A stretch of 64,000 bases of DNA from Felis catus (taxonomy: Eukaryota). The DNA lies in contig NC_058368.1 in NCBI RefSeq assembly GCF_018350175.1, positions 122,266,001 to 122,330,000 on the forward strand, given 5' to 3'. Positions 1-11,900 of this stretch are shown piece by piece. The notes under the pieces are model-generated. The model was not told the DNA's origin and ran no database searches. It saw nothing but the letters and a program-made list of their open reading frames with translations. Numbering within the stretch: position 1 is the first letter of the stretch; every line of letters begins with the position of its first letter. A program made the translations under genes and the position numbers.

Positions 1-105
1 CTGTAAAATGGGGATAATACAAGTTTCCTCTTCATCAGAATGTTGTTAGAACTAAATGAGCTACTACCTTAAAACACTTAGAACAGGATGTGGCACCTAA
101 AGTCT
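1..105 (+). mobile_element. MIR SINE fragment
   Basis: ctgtaaaatgggataata...aaatgag...cttagaacagg...tggcac matches the MIR core and 3' end. Confidence 0.75.
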
Positions 106-1479
106 CCTTTTGACCACGACTCTAGATAAAGTCATAGGAGGCTACTTGAAGGAACTTGGAATCTGAAGCCTGCACAGGGTGTGAAAACCATTGTCCTAGT
201 ACAGAAAAGTCATGAGGAAAAAGGCCTCAGATTTATGATTTGAGAAGAAATAGATTTCAATTATTCTAAGAAACAGACTCCAGCTTAACTAACAGATCTA
301 GAGATAGCCAGAAGTGTCCTGAAGTAGAAGGGCCAGCTTTGGCAGGGAGTGAGTTCTCCAATGCTCTCTTGTCAGGAATACTGGGCTTCAGAGACCCTGG
401 AAAGGGCTGGGCTACTGGTTTCAGGGACCTCCCAAACTGAAATTCTGATTCTATCTAATGGGATGGATATGGGTGGCCCGAGGGCCGGTTCTGACTTTGT
501 TTTCCTTATTCAGTGTCTTTTTTTCTTTTTTCTTTTTTCTTTTTTTAACTAGACTGTGTTGGCTTTAGGCAGGGCTCAAACACACAGTTTCATGATAGCC
601 AATATCATGCCTTTTTTGGTTAATATGCTACTGCTGGGCTCCTGAAGGATTTTACACTTGGGGCTTCTACCCACATGCTTAGATATTCTATCATCTTGGT
701 TGAAAAAAATGAATTAATAATTAAGGTAGAACATGGCTTTCTAGCCTTTGCTCATGAGACTGACTTTTGGTCAACTCTCCCCTGAGAGGGTCACCTTTCT
801 GTTTATATATGAGTGCACACAGCTGAGAATATGTACCATTCTATCTAGAGGCTTTGATGGAGCAGCTATTTTGTGCTGAATAAACATGATATGAAAACAT
901 CTTTAATGGCTTTGTCCTAACACAGCCTTTCTTTTCCTTCTAAATATCATGCTTTCCAAGTGCTGTATCTGGAAAAGCACACTACTCTATTTTTCAATGC
1001 CTTGAAGGTTTACTGCCTCTTCAAAACAAAGCATTGTGTGTTCCTGCCATTGCTCATGGAGAAGAAGAATTTTTTGTCTGGATGTCAAGAAAATGAACAG
1101 GTTTCTGCACTCTATTCAGACTTGAGGACTTTGGGGCATACAGAGTGCCATCTACACATCTAGCAAAATGCAATGATAGAGACGGCCTTCAGCAGCCCGC
1201 TCCTTAAAACGTATCCACCCATCTCGTAGCACTTCTAGTCTCACAGCAGTCAGGAGAATATTCTCATGTTGCAAGTTTGGGCTGAAATTTTCCCCAAAAT
1301 TTGTACCCTTCAGTAATTTCCAGTTTCTCTTTGGATTAAGTCTATAACTGATATCACAGAGGCATGCAGGACCTACCACTTGACAGCTTCATTTTCCACT
1401 GTTCTCTTGCTGGGTCTCTCTCTGGTCTCATCAGCCATCCTTCAGAACCTCACATTTACCATAACCCTCTGGTAACAGG

Positions 1480-1810
1480 GCCTCGCAAACATGCTCTCCT
1501 TTGCCTGGAAGATTCCCTCTCATTCTGCCTGGGCAAGTCTTACTTATCCTTCAGATCTCAGCTCAAGGGATACTTCTCCAGGGATGATGTCCACCTCTTC
1601 CTGGGCATTACACAACACTATTAGACCTTGTCTTCATATGCCCTCACCACTAGAGCATTTGTCACTGTTTATAGTAACTTGATTAATTAGTCTTGCATGT
1701 AGGCAGGAACCAAATGTACGTTCACCACCGGTGAACCCATTGTCTAGCCAATATCTGACATGGAATAGAGATGTTCTTTAGGCATTTGTTTGTAATTTTT
1801 GAATAAATAA
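1480..1810 (+). mobile_element. L2 3' fragment
   Basis: tgcctggaa...ccttcagatctcagctcaag...ttgtttg...tgaataaat resembles the L2 3' end. Boundaries are approximate. Confidence 0.65.
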
Positions 1811-2754
1811 TTTCTCTTGCAAAGAGGTTCACTGACTCCTCAGTTTGCTCCTAAAATTTCCAGGTAAGTGACATTCCCGTGTATCAACAATAGGATCCAG
1901 AGCAGCCTTTCATGCATATCTTTGAAATCGCCCATTTATTTGCCTCCTGTTTGCTTTTCCTGCTAACTGTGCTTTTGCAGATACTTGGGAAGATAAAGGC
2001 TTTGGCCATCTCGGCCCATCTTTTCTCCCAGCTCCATCTGCCAGGGAAGAAACAGTGACTCAGAAAACTAATGGGCCAGTCTAACGATGGTGATGATTTC
2101 ACTGCTGGTGATTTTTCTATTAGATTTATAAAATTGAGTCAAAATGAAGGAATTGCCTTGGGGCGCAAGTACCAAAAGCAAACAATGAATTCAGAAACAC
2201 AAATCAGAACGGCGCTAACCAGTGTATGTTAAAAGCAAGCAGCAAAAGTGATAAAGGTTGAAAGAATTAAAAAATGCGAGACTGAACTTTTTTTTTTTTT
2301 TTTTGATGGGAACATGATAGTCTACGAGAAACCCAGGATGTGCCATCAGACTAGCACAGTGTTACCACTAGAATGACCTGGACAAAAATACTGTCACAGT
2401 AAGTACAGGGGCCATCTATTAAGTGACTATTAGGTATATTTCACTCAACGTCTTTTATCCTTACAATAAACCCAAAAAGGAAACATGATTACTTACATTT
2501 TACTATTGACAAAACACTCAGAGGATAAATATCTTTAATCATATTTGGAACTCTGGTGTAACCGATTTCAAAGCCAAAGTCTTTTCCAACTAGACAGTTC
2601 ACCTTACAAGTCCTCTCCCAGGTCTTCACCTGTAAAATGTGACTACTGCCACGCACCATCCTTGTGATAATTATCTCCATGTGATAATAATGCATGGAGA
2701 GTGCCTCACTCCCAGTTGGCTTTTATCAAACATTACTTTCTATCTTCCACATTT

Positions 2755-2963
2755 TTTTGTATGATTATTTTGTTTTTGAAGGAGAGAGAGAGAGAGAGAG
2801 AGATCATGAGAGGGGGAGGGGCAAAGAGGGAGACACAGAATCCACAGCAGGCTCCAGGCTCTGAGCTGTCAGCACAGAGCCCAACACGGGGCTTGAACTC
2901 ACCAGAGGATCATGGCCTGAGCCGAAGTCGGATGCTTAACCAACTGAGCCACCCAGGCGCCCC
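2755..2963 (-). mobile_element. Can-SINE (felid SINEC type)
   Basis: Reverse complement of GGGGCGCCTGGGTGGCTCAG..., with a (GA)n tract and T-rich tail. Degenerate TSD tccacattt. Confidence 0.93.
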
Positions 2964-3794
2964 TACCCTCCACATTTCTTATCAGCTGCTAAATTCTTTA
3001 TGGATTTTATTAGGAACTCCTAAAACTCAGTTACTACTCCCTGCTTCTGGTTTAATGTGGGAACCTCAAGAGGGGGACATGCTTCACAAAGCTCTATCAC
3101 TTAATCTCACACCAACACTGCCAGGTTTTATTATATTCCCACTTGACTCCGAGGCACAGCAGGATTAGACAATTCATCAAGGGACATCAATGTCACAAAA
3201 GGACCAGAATGTAGGCGTCTCTGGGCCACTGGCCTAGGATTCTTTCCATCGCCACATTTCATCGAAGTACTCAGGACAAGGGTGTTTTCTGAGACCTCCA
3301 CTAATATGGATTATATTTATAATAACAACAGCTCTTATTGAGTTCTTAATATGCACTGTGTACCACACTATATACTTTGCATGAATTATCATGTTTACTC
3401 ACCAAAGCAACTGTTCAATGATATGTGCATAATTTTTATTCCCCTTTATGTAGATGACAAAAGTAAAGGGCAAGAAACTGAATGACTGTCTCTATATTAG
3501 GTAGATGTTCTAGCTGGTACCTGAAAATAAAATCTTGAAGCAAATTCATAGCTACCATGAAGCAGACAAACGCTCAGTAGAGATCCATTGAAAGCATAAG
3601 CAAATAACACTGACCTTGAATCCTTCTAGGACAGCCACCTATCTGCCAGACATCAGACATCTTGACCAAAAGCAACCTCTTCTCAACTGCAGATCTTACT
3701 CTATCATTTCAAAGGGATCTACAATGGATCAATCTCTTTCTCCCAGAGCTCTTCCCTTTGACTATATTCCTTAACCCTGAGCATCGTTTATCAC

Positions 3795-3965
3795 AGACTC
3801 AGGTACTCAGCTCTGATTATCCAAGATTCACCTGGGGAGCTCTGAAAACTAGGATTCCCAGGGCTGCCTTCCTGGAAGTCTGATTCAATAGGTAGACATG
3901 GTGGAGACATCCCTGTTCATTTGCCACAGCTGATCCTCAGGCACAGTCAGGGTTAAAATCTACTG
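3795..3965. mobile_element. MER5-like hAT-Charlie MITE
   Basis: cacctggggagct...ctgattcaataggt...gcacagtcagggttaaaatctactg resembles MER5A. Confidence 0.55.
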
Positions 3966-4124
3966 TTAGAGTTGTGCGTGTATGCCTTTCTCTCCCCTGC
4001 CATACTGCGATTTCTTCAAATAAGGATGAGTCCTTTACATCTTTTAAGTTCCCATGTGCTGAGAACAATGCTTAAAATATGGTATTTATGCTTCATATTA
4101 CAAAATGCAGTATATTATGAGGCA

Positions 4125-4340
4125 GATAAGACCTTGGGCTCTAGAGTCAAACTGTCTGGGTGCAAACTCTGATCTACCACATAACGGCCATGTGGCTTCA
4201 GGTAAGTTACTATAACATCCTGTGCCTTGCTACCTCATCTCTAAAATGAGGACAGTTAACAGTACTTACGTCATGATCTTCTGAGATTTATATGAGGCAG
4301 TGACTATCCAGTATTTAGCACAGGGTCTGGCAGATAACAA
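4125..4340 (+). mobile_element. MIR SINE
   Basis: gggctctagagtcaaactgtctgggtgcaaactctg...ctcatctctaaaatgagg...ttagcacagggtctggc. Confidence 0.8.
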
Positions 4341-4654
4341 GGCTACTGCCAATGCTAGCTGTGTCGGTAGGCAAAAACAATTCAATCGGCATGAACTATT
4401 AATGCCTTTATGTGACTGTGTAAAGTCTCACTCACAGACTATTGACAGGCATTATGCTAGATGTTTTACAAAATTACAATTTTTTCTCCTTCATAACAGT
4501 ACTCTGATATGTTATTGTTGGAGAAAGAAATATACCAATCAAGTAACTGAATGTCACCCAGCAAGTAATTATGAGTGTGAGATTAGAACTCAGGTTTAGC
4601 TGGTTTCAGAGGCCATTCTTCCTACTTTATTACTAAGAGTTCACATAAGCATCC

Positions 4655-6012
4655 ATTCACGCAGCCATTCATTCAATCAACATGTATCTATTACATGTCT
4701 GCAAGGTGCTGGGAGCTGTCCTATGTGCTGGAGATATAGAAGTGAGCCTCTGCTCTCATGCAGCTTACAGTCTACAGAGCACAAAGGAGAGCAAGAAATA
4801 AGCAAATGGGTGTATAACACAGCCAGTAAAGCTAAGTGCTGTGGATAAAAATAAAGCAGGGCAAAGGTAACTGGGGAGTGGGGGTGTGGGTGTAGATGTG
4901 AGTGTGAGAGAGAGAAAGAGACAGAGAGGTGGGGGAGAGGAAGAGAGAAAGAGAGACATGGAGGGAGAGAGGGAGAGGGAGGGAGAGGGGGAGGGAGGGA
5001 GGGAGAGGGGGAGGGAGGGAGGGAGAAGGGGAGGGAGGGGGAGGGAGAGGGGGAGGGAGGGAGAGGGAGAGGGAAGAGGGAGAGAGAAAGAGAGACAGAT
5101 TTTAGACAGGAAGGCCAGGAAAGGCCTCTCTGGTGAAGAAGCATTTGAGAAATGGATGTGACGAGACATGAATGGATTCTGGATATTTTTAGGAGGTTGG
5201 GCCCAGAGGATTCACTGTAGAATGAGAAGAAGGATATGAAACAATGATAGAAATGAAGGATGACTCCAAGGTTTGTGGCTGAAGTAACCAGGAGACTGGA
5301 GTCCTTGTTCATTGAGCTGGAGAAGAAGCTGGACACGTGGGTTTTTCTCAAAGGGAATGAAGAGCTGGGCTTTGAGACCTGTAGAGCATCCCAGAGGAAG
5401 TGCTGGGTAAGTAGTTGGATGTGCAGGTCTGCATTTGGGGTGAGAGGTTGGAGCGGGGATGCAGGTTGGAGGGATGAGGTCTAACACCCTGGGCTAGCTG
5501 AGGCCACCTAGGAACAAGCACACATAAGGAGAGGCCTGAGCCCTTGGCTTACGTGTTTACGGTTTAGGAGGATGAGAAGGACTAGCCATGGCGGGAGAAG
5601 GAAACAGACAGAAAGTGTGGACCTTGAGGCCAAAGAAGCAGTGACCGTGTGTGCCAATGCAGCTTGAGAGGTGGGGCAGAGGACCCTGGTCAGTGAGGGG
5701 GCCACAGGACTCTCACAAGAGCAACTTGGCCACTGTGTATGGATGACTCTTTCAAGGCAATTTTCTGCGAAGAGGAGTAGGACATGGCAGTAGCTGGAGG
5801 CAGACACAGGATCACAAGAGGAGTATTTAAAGTCAGGTGACTGACAGCATGCTGGCGATCGCACACCAATGATCCCGTTTAGAGGAAAGACTTAAAGACT
5901 TGGTGATGACACACAGAGAGGGGCCAAGGGCAGCAGTGAAGGGCTTGGGTTGGGGTCAGGGATGGGATCCAGCTCCCAAGGAGAGGGCTGGCCTTGGATG
6001 AAAGCAGGGACA
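4655..6012 (-). mobile_element. L2 LINE remnant interrupted by a GA-rich tract
   Basis: Starts with a cattcattca tail, then gtgctggagatatag, ggaaggccaggaaaggcctctctg, aaggatgactccaaggttt and gggatgggatccag, all L2 landmarks. Confidence 0.75.
4905..5097 (+). repeat. GA/GGGA-rich low-complexity tract
   Basis: Pure purine from about 4960 to 5095, built from GGGA/GAGGG units. Confidence 0.95.
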
Positions 6013-6354
6013 TGTATTATATATAAAAAACGTAAAAAACAAAACAAAACAAAAAACACCTTTTTTTTAGTCTAAAGCGATATCAGATTTTGTCTCACTT
6101 AAGCCTTACAATATCCTGGTCAGGTGGCATAATATTATTTCCATGTTACAGAGAATCATGATGCACATTTGGGAAAGGCTTTAAATGTAGGTGAGAAGAT
6201 GAACAGTCAGGGAAAGGTGTGGGTGGGAAGTGCCTTTGATGTAGGCCTGAAGAGTGGGTTGGTTCTACATATGTGGAAGGGGCTAAGAAGAGATTTCCAA
6301 AAATAAGAAAAATAAGAATTCCATAAATGCGTAAAAAGGCACGGAACAGAGGAA

Positions 6355-6600
6355 TGGATCCTTTCTTAGCATGTACTCTGCAACCAGACCGCACGGGTTC
6401 TCATCCTCACCCTTGCACTTAACAGCTGTGTGACCTTGGACAGGTTACCTGACTGCTCTGTGTCTTAGTCTCATTTCTAAAATGAGGATAATAACAGTAC
6501 TTACCTCATAGGATTGTGGTGAGGAAGACATACACCTGTTCCTACATCCACGTGCATGTACGTGTCAGAATTCTACCCAGCAAGTAATAAGCGCTGTATG
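6355..6600 (+). mobile_element. MIR SINE
   Basis: agctgtgtgaccttggacaggttacc...aaaatgaggataataacagtacttacctcataggattgtggtgagg. Confidence 0.85.
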
Positions 6601-6817
6601 TTTTTTGTTATTATTTTATAATTATTTACAACATGATAAACAGGAAAACGTGTACTTTCCCCCCCCCTGTATGTGCATGTAGACTTCCAGCAAGCCTGTT
6701 TTTGGGTGTCACTGGAAGGTATTCTGCTTCCTGTTTCCTCCTTACGAAGGAGAACTATGGCTGCATAGACAAATTTGTCACTCTCGCATTCAGTTTTTTA
6801 TTTAAGAAGAGCTTCTT

Positions 6818-7043
6818 GGGGCGCCTGGGTGGCGCAGTCAGTTAAGCGTCCGACTTCAGCCAGGTCACGATCTCGCGGTCCGGGAGTTCAAGCCCCGCGT
6901 CAGGCTCTGGGCTGATGGCTCAGAGCCTGGAGCCTGTTTCCGATTCTGTGTCTCCCTCTCTCTCTGCCCCTCCCCCGTTCATGCTCTGTCTCTCTGTCGC
7001 AAAAATAAATAAACGTTGAAAAAAAAATTAAAAAAAAAAAAAA
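6818..7043 (+). mobile_element. Young felid Can-SINE (SINEC_Fc-like)
   Basis: GGGGCGCCTGGGTGGCGCAGTC head with CpGs largely intact, CT tract and poly(A). Perfect 14-bp TSD AAGAAGAGCTTCTT (6804-6817 and 7044-7057) at a TTT/AAG L1-endonuclease-type site. Confidence 0.98.
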
Positions 7044-8209
7044 AAGAAGAGCTTCTTGATCACCTACTCAGAGTCAAGCTCTGTGCTAACCAGGATGCAA
7101 AGACTAAAGCCAAACAGGACAGAATCCCTGTCCCCAAGCTGCTCCCGGCCACCAGGAGACAGGCACGTAAATAGACTGTTTCAACGTAATCTGCAGGCTG
7201 TGTTCAGAAGGAAATGCGTAATGCATGAGTGAAGAGCACCGAGTTCTGATTCAGACAGCTTGGACTTGAGTCTTAGCTCTGACTTTACTAACTGTGGCTC
7301 TGGACACAGCAGGCATGTGTCCATTTCCTCACCTATAGCATAGAGATAAGAGCATTTGGTATGAGAATGTGAGAGCAGTAAATGAGATCACACAGGCATA
7401 GCCCTGAGCACACAGCCACTGATTTTTGCGGTGCTACTCTGCTTCTCCTCATCTCTTCTGTCCACAACTCTTGTGCTTCTTGTGACTCATAATAACAAGA
7501 CCATCTTTGGAGTTGTTAAGGAAGTCGTCCTGGGAAGCCCTGACTTGAGCTACCTTTTAAGAGATGAGCAAGGACTTGCAGCATGAAAACAGAGTTGTGA
7601 CAGAGACAACTCAGGGAAAGGAAGTGGCACGAGGCAAGGCACATGACCCTTGTCCCTTCAGGAAAAGGAAGTGCCTTTACTCATGTGTTCACCGGCCCAG
7701 AAAAGGCCCTCCCAAGTTGGGTGCCACATTAGGTCCATTGGAAAATATCAGGCAAGGTTCCTCATACTTCACTGGCTTTCTTATTCCTGTGGGTCTTCCC
7801 TTCCCCTCTGTCCTGTCCAGAATGGTTTCATTCTGCTTGTGATTGAGATTCTGTTCCTCTAATCCTAGAATCATTTTGCTGGATGAATCCTTCCTCACCG
7901 TGGGGGGAGGGAGTTATGTGCCCTTTTAATGAGGTCCACATAGAAGGGAAGACAATTCAGTTGTCCTCTCCAAACCCTGTTCGAGCATCGGCATTATTTA
8001 GTTGACCTTTTTCCCATTCTTATCCTCTGATTTCAAGTTAAAGTAGAGCATGATCATAAAACCAATGCCCGCAAGAATGTCCACAAAAAGCTCCCCAACC
8101 AGCAATGGTTAAAACAGCTTGCATTCCTGTAGCCATTAATGCTTTGGAGAATGTGTTTCACCTGTGTTTTAAAAACGTGATTCTATAATAACCTTGGTAT
8201 TTGGCATAT

Positions 8210-8770
8210 TTTCATTCAGTAAAAATTTGTTGAGTGCCCACTAAGTACTCGGTATTGTTCTAGTGCTGGGGGTACAGCTGAGAGCAAAACTACATGTGGG
8301 TCCTGCTCCCATGACACCCTCAGTCTATCCGGGAGACAGATATTCCCAAAGCAGTTATGCAGGCCATTCAGGATGACAAACTATGACAGGTGTTTTGAAA
8401 CACACCGGTTCTCTAGGAGCTAGGACTAGGAGGACCTCAGGGCAGGGATGGCTTCTCCACTTGAGCTGAGAGTCCAAGGCCAGGATTAATAAGGAAGGGG
8501 ACTGAGGGGATAAAGAGACGTCTGTGGCCAGAGCAAGATTCCTGAAGAACCAAGAAAGGCCTGTGTGGCTGGAGACGAGGCAAGATGGAATGTACTTCAG
8601 GTCAGGCAGGGAAGTCACACAGGGGTCAGAACACGCAGGGCCCGCTGGGCCATAGGAAACCACTGAGAGGTTTTTAAGGCAAGCATGTTGTTGTTTGGGG
8701 GGGTTGAGGGAGGGACTATGATCGTATTTTTTAAAAAGTATTTTGACTGTAACAGGAAGAACAACATCTT
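8210..8770 (-). mobile_element. L2 remnant
   Basis: ttcattcagtaaaaatttgttgagtgcccacta...gtgctgggggtacag...ccactgagaggtttttaaggcaag. Confidence 0.7.
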
Positions 8771-9019
8771 GACCTGATGGATGAAGGAACAGGCTCGAGG
8801 GTTGAAAGTGAGAGAAGGAAAGAAAAAGGAGTATTATTTGTGGACCACATATGTGTGAATGTGTTACTACATCATGTGCTAAGATGGTGTCTGGGACACA
8901 GTAGGTGCAATACGGATGAAGGCCAATAACAAGAATAATAATAACTATTATTATCGCTACTACTATGATTATCACCCTGTGCACGGCATTCTGAATGTAT
9001 TTCTTTGCAGCCACCCTAT

Positions 9020-9135
9020 AACGTATGATCATCCATGTTTTACAAATGAGGAAACAGGCTCAGAGAGGTTAAATGACTACCCAACATCACCCAGTTGGCA
9101 AGGGGCAGAGCTAAAATTCAAAGCCCATGATCTTT
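9020..9135 (-). mobile_element. MIR fragment
   Basis: tttacaaatgaggaaacaggctcagagaggttaaatgact is the MIR core in reverse orientation. Confidence 0.8.
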
Positions 9136-11486
9136 CTGTGTTGAGAAAACAACGTCAAGACAAACTGGAAGGAACACCTGTCTTTTAAGTAGGGTGGCTC
9201 CACCCTCCAAGAAACCCAGCGATTATTGAAGCTTTTAAAGTTGTTCTCGAATTACTCTTAAGGGAATTGTTTGGGTATTTGTATTTATTTCATTTTCACA
9301 AGGATATACACCAATTATTCATTCTCTGTCTCTTCAATTAAATAAAATAGGAAGTTTGCAGCCATAACTTTTCTAGAAGAAACTACGGAGTGACATAATT
9401 GCTAACAATATAAAAACACAGACTCGTTCTCACATATTTTTCTCCTTGGACAAACTCTAAGTGTAACTAGTTCCGAGCGACACTGTTTTGTGTTTGAGGA
9501 AACTGTTCACTACCTAAGGGAGACACTGTAATGAAAAAAGAAAACTTGACTGTCTGAGAAAGTACATGGGACTTCAAAACGGACAGCACCTACCATGTAC
9601 CAAGCCTCCCAAAGGCCTTGAATGATCACATTTAATTCTCAGTATCCTGGGAATAAGTCCTTTTATTTCCACTTAATAGGTAAAATTGAGTGACTTGGCC
9701 CTGCTTGCTTGGTGTTTAACTCATGCCTTCCCCACCCAGCTCCAGGACCTCACTCACCACCTTAATGTCTGCCACAAGCTATCCTCCCTACCCATTGTCT
9801 ATTAGCTTTACAACAGATTGAAAGACAAGTCTCCTTACTCCCCACCCCCTAAATCTGGTGGTAGTTAGTAAGTTAGAGATTGTTTTGATAGGAATAAAAC
9901 GTGATTTCCATTTGATGGAATAAAACGGTTAGACTTAGTTAAAAAACAGTTCAAGAAAGTTCTTGGTGGTGGTGGTTTGTCTGTATGAGGTAGGATCTTA
10001 GTTTAATTAAGACACAGAACAGCAACTGAAGAGACCAAGTGTTTGGGTTCTCTGAGTCTAAGCTAGGAGGAGAGGACGGGGGACCAATCAGAAATAGAAC
10101 GGTCATCTAGGCAGCTTCCTGTGGGAGTTTGGGTCTTTCGTACATGGAAAATGTCCCTGAAGATTCCTATCTATGCCACCCACCTCAGAGACTTACTAAG
10201 ATCCTCTATGTGAGGGACAAGATTTCTCAAAGGGTCATCTCCTTTAGCCACCAATAATGTTTTTAAGGGAACTATCTAATTGAAAAAAACATCCATAAGA
10301 TATCAAGGTCTGTGAAAAATACCATCCTTGAACTCAATGCAAGGGTGATCTCGAACTCCTACTTGCTTTTCCTGGGGGTATTGACTGAAAATCACTTTGC
10401 AGTACAATAAATACTTTTCTTGTTTTATATACACCACCCCCAATCCCAGGTTCCTACTCTGAGGATGAGAAACAAGGGTGGGTTTTCCGAACAGGCTGGT
10501 CATCAGCTCCTTTCTGTAGAGTGTGGCTGGACTGAGCTGTGGTGGGAGCCCCTCCCCACCCCCAGCCCTCTTCAATCAGTACTGCTTGTAGGACAACCCT
10601 CAGCCTGAAAAGCAGCCAGCCAGCTGCTTTGCTTGAAACTGCTCTTTTTCGAGGATGTAGCAGATCAAAAGAAACAGGCAAATCACACATAGAATATGCA
10701 CAGCCAGCTACTGGCTCCAGAAATGTTGATACCTGCAGTGCTTTGATGAAGGTGAATTGCCAGCACTTTGACAAGGAACACACACGTGCACACAGAAAGT
10801 ACATACACACACGGACGCATAGCACTCGAGGTCAGAAGGTAGCAGAGGAGGTCCCCAAAGGACGGGGAACTGGGACTGTTTGTACAAGGCTCAGCTCACC
10901 CTCGCCAGAAGGCAGCAACTTAGGACCCCCCACAAACCACATTTCCAGAAGCGCTGAAAGTCAGCTGTGTCTTCCTGCTCTGCAACCCAAGTCCAGACTC
11001 CGGGCAAACCAATCCAACAACCGACACTCCACAGTCATGTGTAAGCTAATTCTATTTTGCTAATTGCTTTCTTGGGCATGCACCAAGTTATTAAACAGAC
11101 AATGACAAAACAGAGAGCTTGGATAAATGTATGTGGCAGCACTTACTGAAAATCTTCTTCCTTAACAGGAGTTCTCATTACTTGTTTGCTTGTGAAGGAG
11201 AATAAGGGAAACTGGCAAAATATTTCTGATTTTTTTTTTGACTCAGCTGTATCAGCTTTGAGATCACCTTTGCAACATTATCCTGCTCTTCAGAAAATAC
11301 TTCCCTTTCCTTAGAGAAGACAGACTGATTTTAGAAGCAGATCTAAGTCTGTTAGACACAAGCTTTTGCCAGGAACGGCAGTCAGCTAGTAGCTACCGAA
11401 AGCAGGATCCGGCAGAGCCTGTGGGAAGTCATACACCAGCCCACTTTTTCCCACCCACCCAGACAGTCTCCCTCTCTGGTCTGTAC

Positions 11487-11560
11487 CTTCCGTGTGGCAG
11501 CTGGAAGAGAGGATGGTATTCGGAGGTCTGAAGATGTAAGGCAGGTAACGAGAGAAGCAT
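11487..11560 (-). CDS. PPP2R2B: Overlapping alternative-frame N-terminus of PPP2R2B (MLLSLPALHLQTSEYHPLFQLPHG-R) in the Bbeta2 exon
   Basis: A second ATG lies 5 nt inside the Bbeta2 ATG and is open to the same donor in phase 2. It is visible within ORF 11429..11644. It resembles a human PPP2R2B isoform N-terminus recalled as MLLSLPALHLQTSEHHPFFQLPHRR. Translation is not demonstrable from sequence. Confidence 0.55.
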
Positions 11561-11565
11561 TTCAT
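11487..11565 (-). CDS. PPP2R2B: PPP2R2B Bbeta2-specific first coding exon (mitochondrial-targeting N-terminus)
   Basis: The minus strand reads ggaagATG AAA TGC TTC TCT CGT TAC CTG CCT TAC ATC TTC AGA CCT CCG AAT ACC ATC CTC TCT TCC AGC TGC CAC ACG GAA G|GTACAG = MKCFSRYLPYIFRPPNTILSSSCHTE. This matches the Bbeta2 leader as I recall it. The 79 nt end in a phase-1 GT donor that fits the common ADIISTVEF exon outside the window. It is too short to appear in the ORF track. Confidence 0.96.
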
Positions 11566-11900
11566 CTTCCAAAAAAAATAAAAAATAAAAATCTAAATAA
11601 AAAAACAGTCTCCTGAATCCATAAGGATTCTCTCGGCCTTTCAAGCTGGCTACATCCCCAATATGTTTATGTAGGTTCTCTCCTGGATGTGCAGAGCTGG
11701 GAAGCCCGAGGAATAACTGGAGATGGGTCCCATTTTGCCATCAGCACCAGGAAGCACTGCCTTACATTTCTGCGTGCAGCTCAAACTCAGAAGCCCCCAA
11801 GCAAGCCGGGATATAGCCTCTTCATTGGCTGCAGCTTCTCCGAGCAGGATTTGCTGAGTAAGTCAGTCCTGCCTGTAAACACACGCTGAAATGCCCTGCC
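11566..11900 (-). promoter_or_regulatory. PPP2R2B: 5'UTR and putative proximal promoter of the Bbeta2 first exon
   Basis: Repeat-free DNA directly upstream of the Bbeta2 ATG. It has a U-rich tract next to the ATG, a CCAAT on the minus strand (forward ATTGG near 11825-11829), a CTATAT element near 11812-11817, and a TGCTGAGTAA bZIP/Maf-like site near 11852-11861. The TSS cannot be placed. Confidence 0.5.

Noticed and set aside
4677..5351. 224-aa Pro/Ser-rich ORF and overlapping Gly/Arg/Glu-rich ORFs
   Set aside because: These are translations of the GA-rich tract inside an L2, with no splice or homology support.
6818..6900. tRNA-like A/B box sequence
   Set aside because: It is the tRNA-derived head of a Can-SINE, not a tRNA gene. 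The same applies to the other SINE copies.
8355..9032. 225-aa ORF with a hydrophobic, TM-like N-terminus
   Set aside because: The Ile/Val run comes from an (AAT)n/(TAT)n microsatellite, and the rest is L2/MIR sequence.
11741..11760. Possible REST/NRSE site near the Bbeta2 promoter (TCAGCACCA)
   Set aside because: Only the left half matches. The GGACAG right half is missing.
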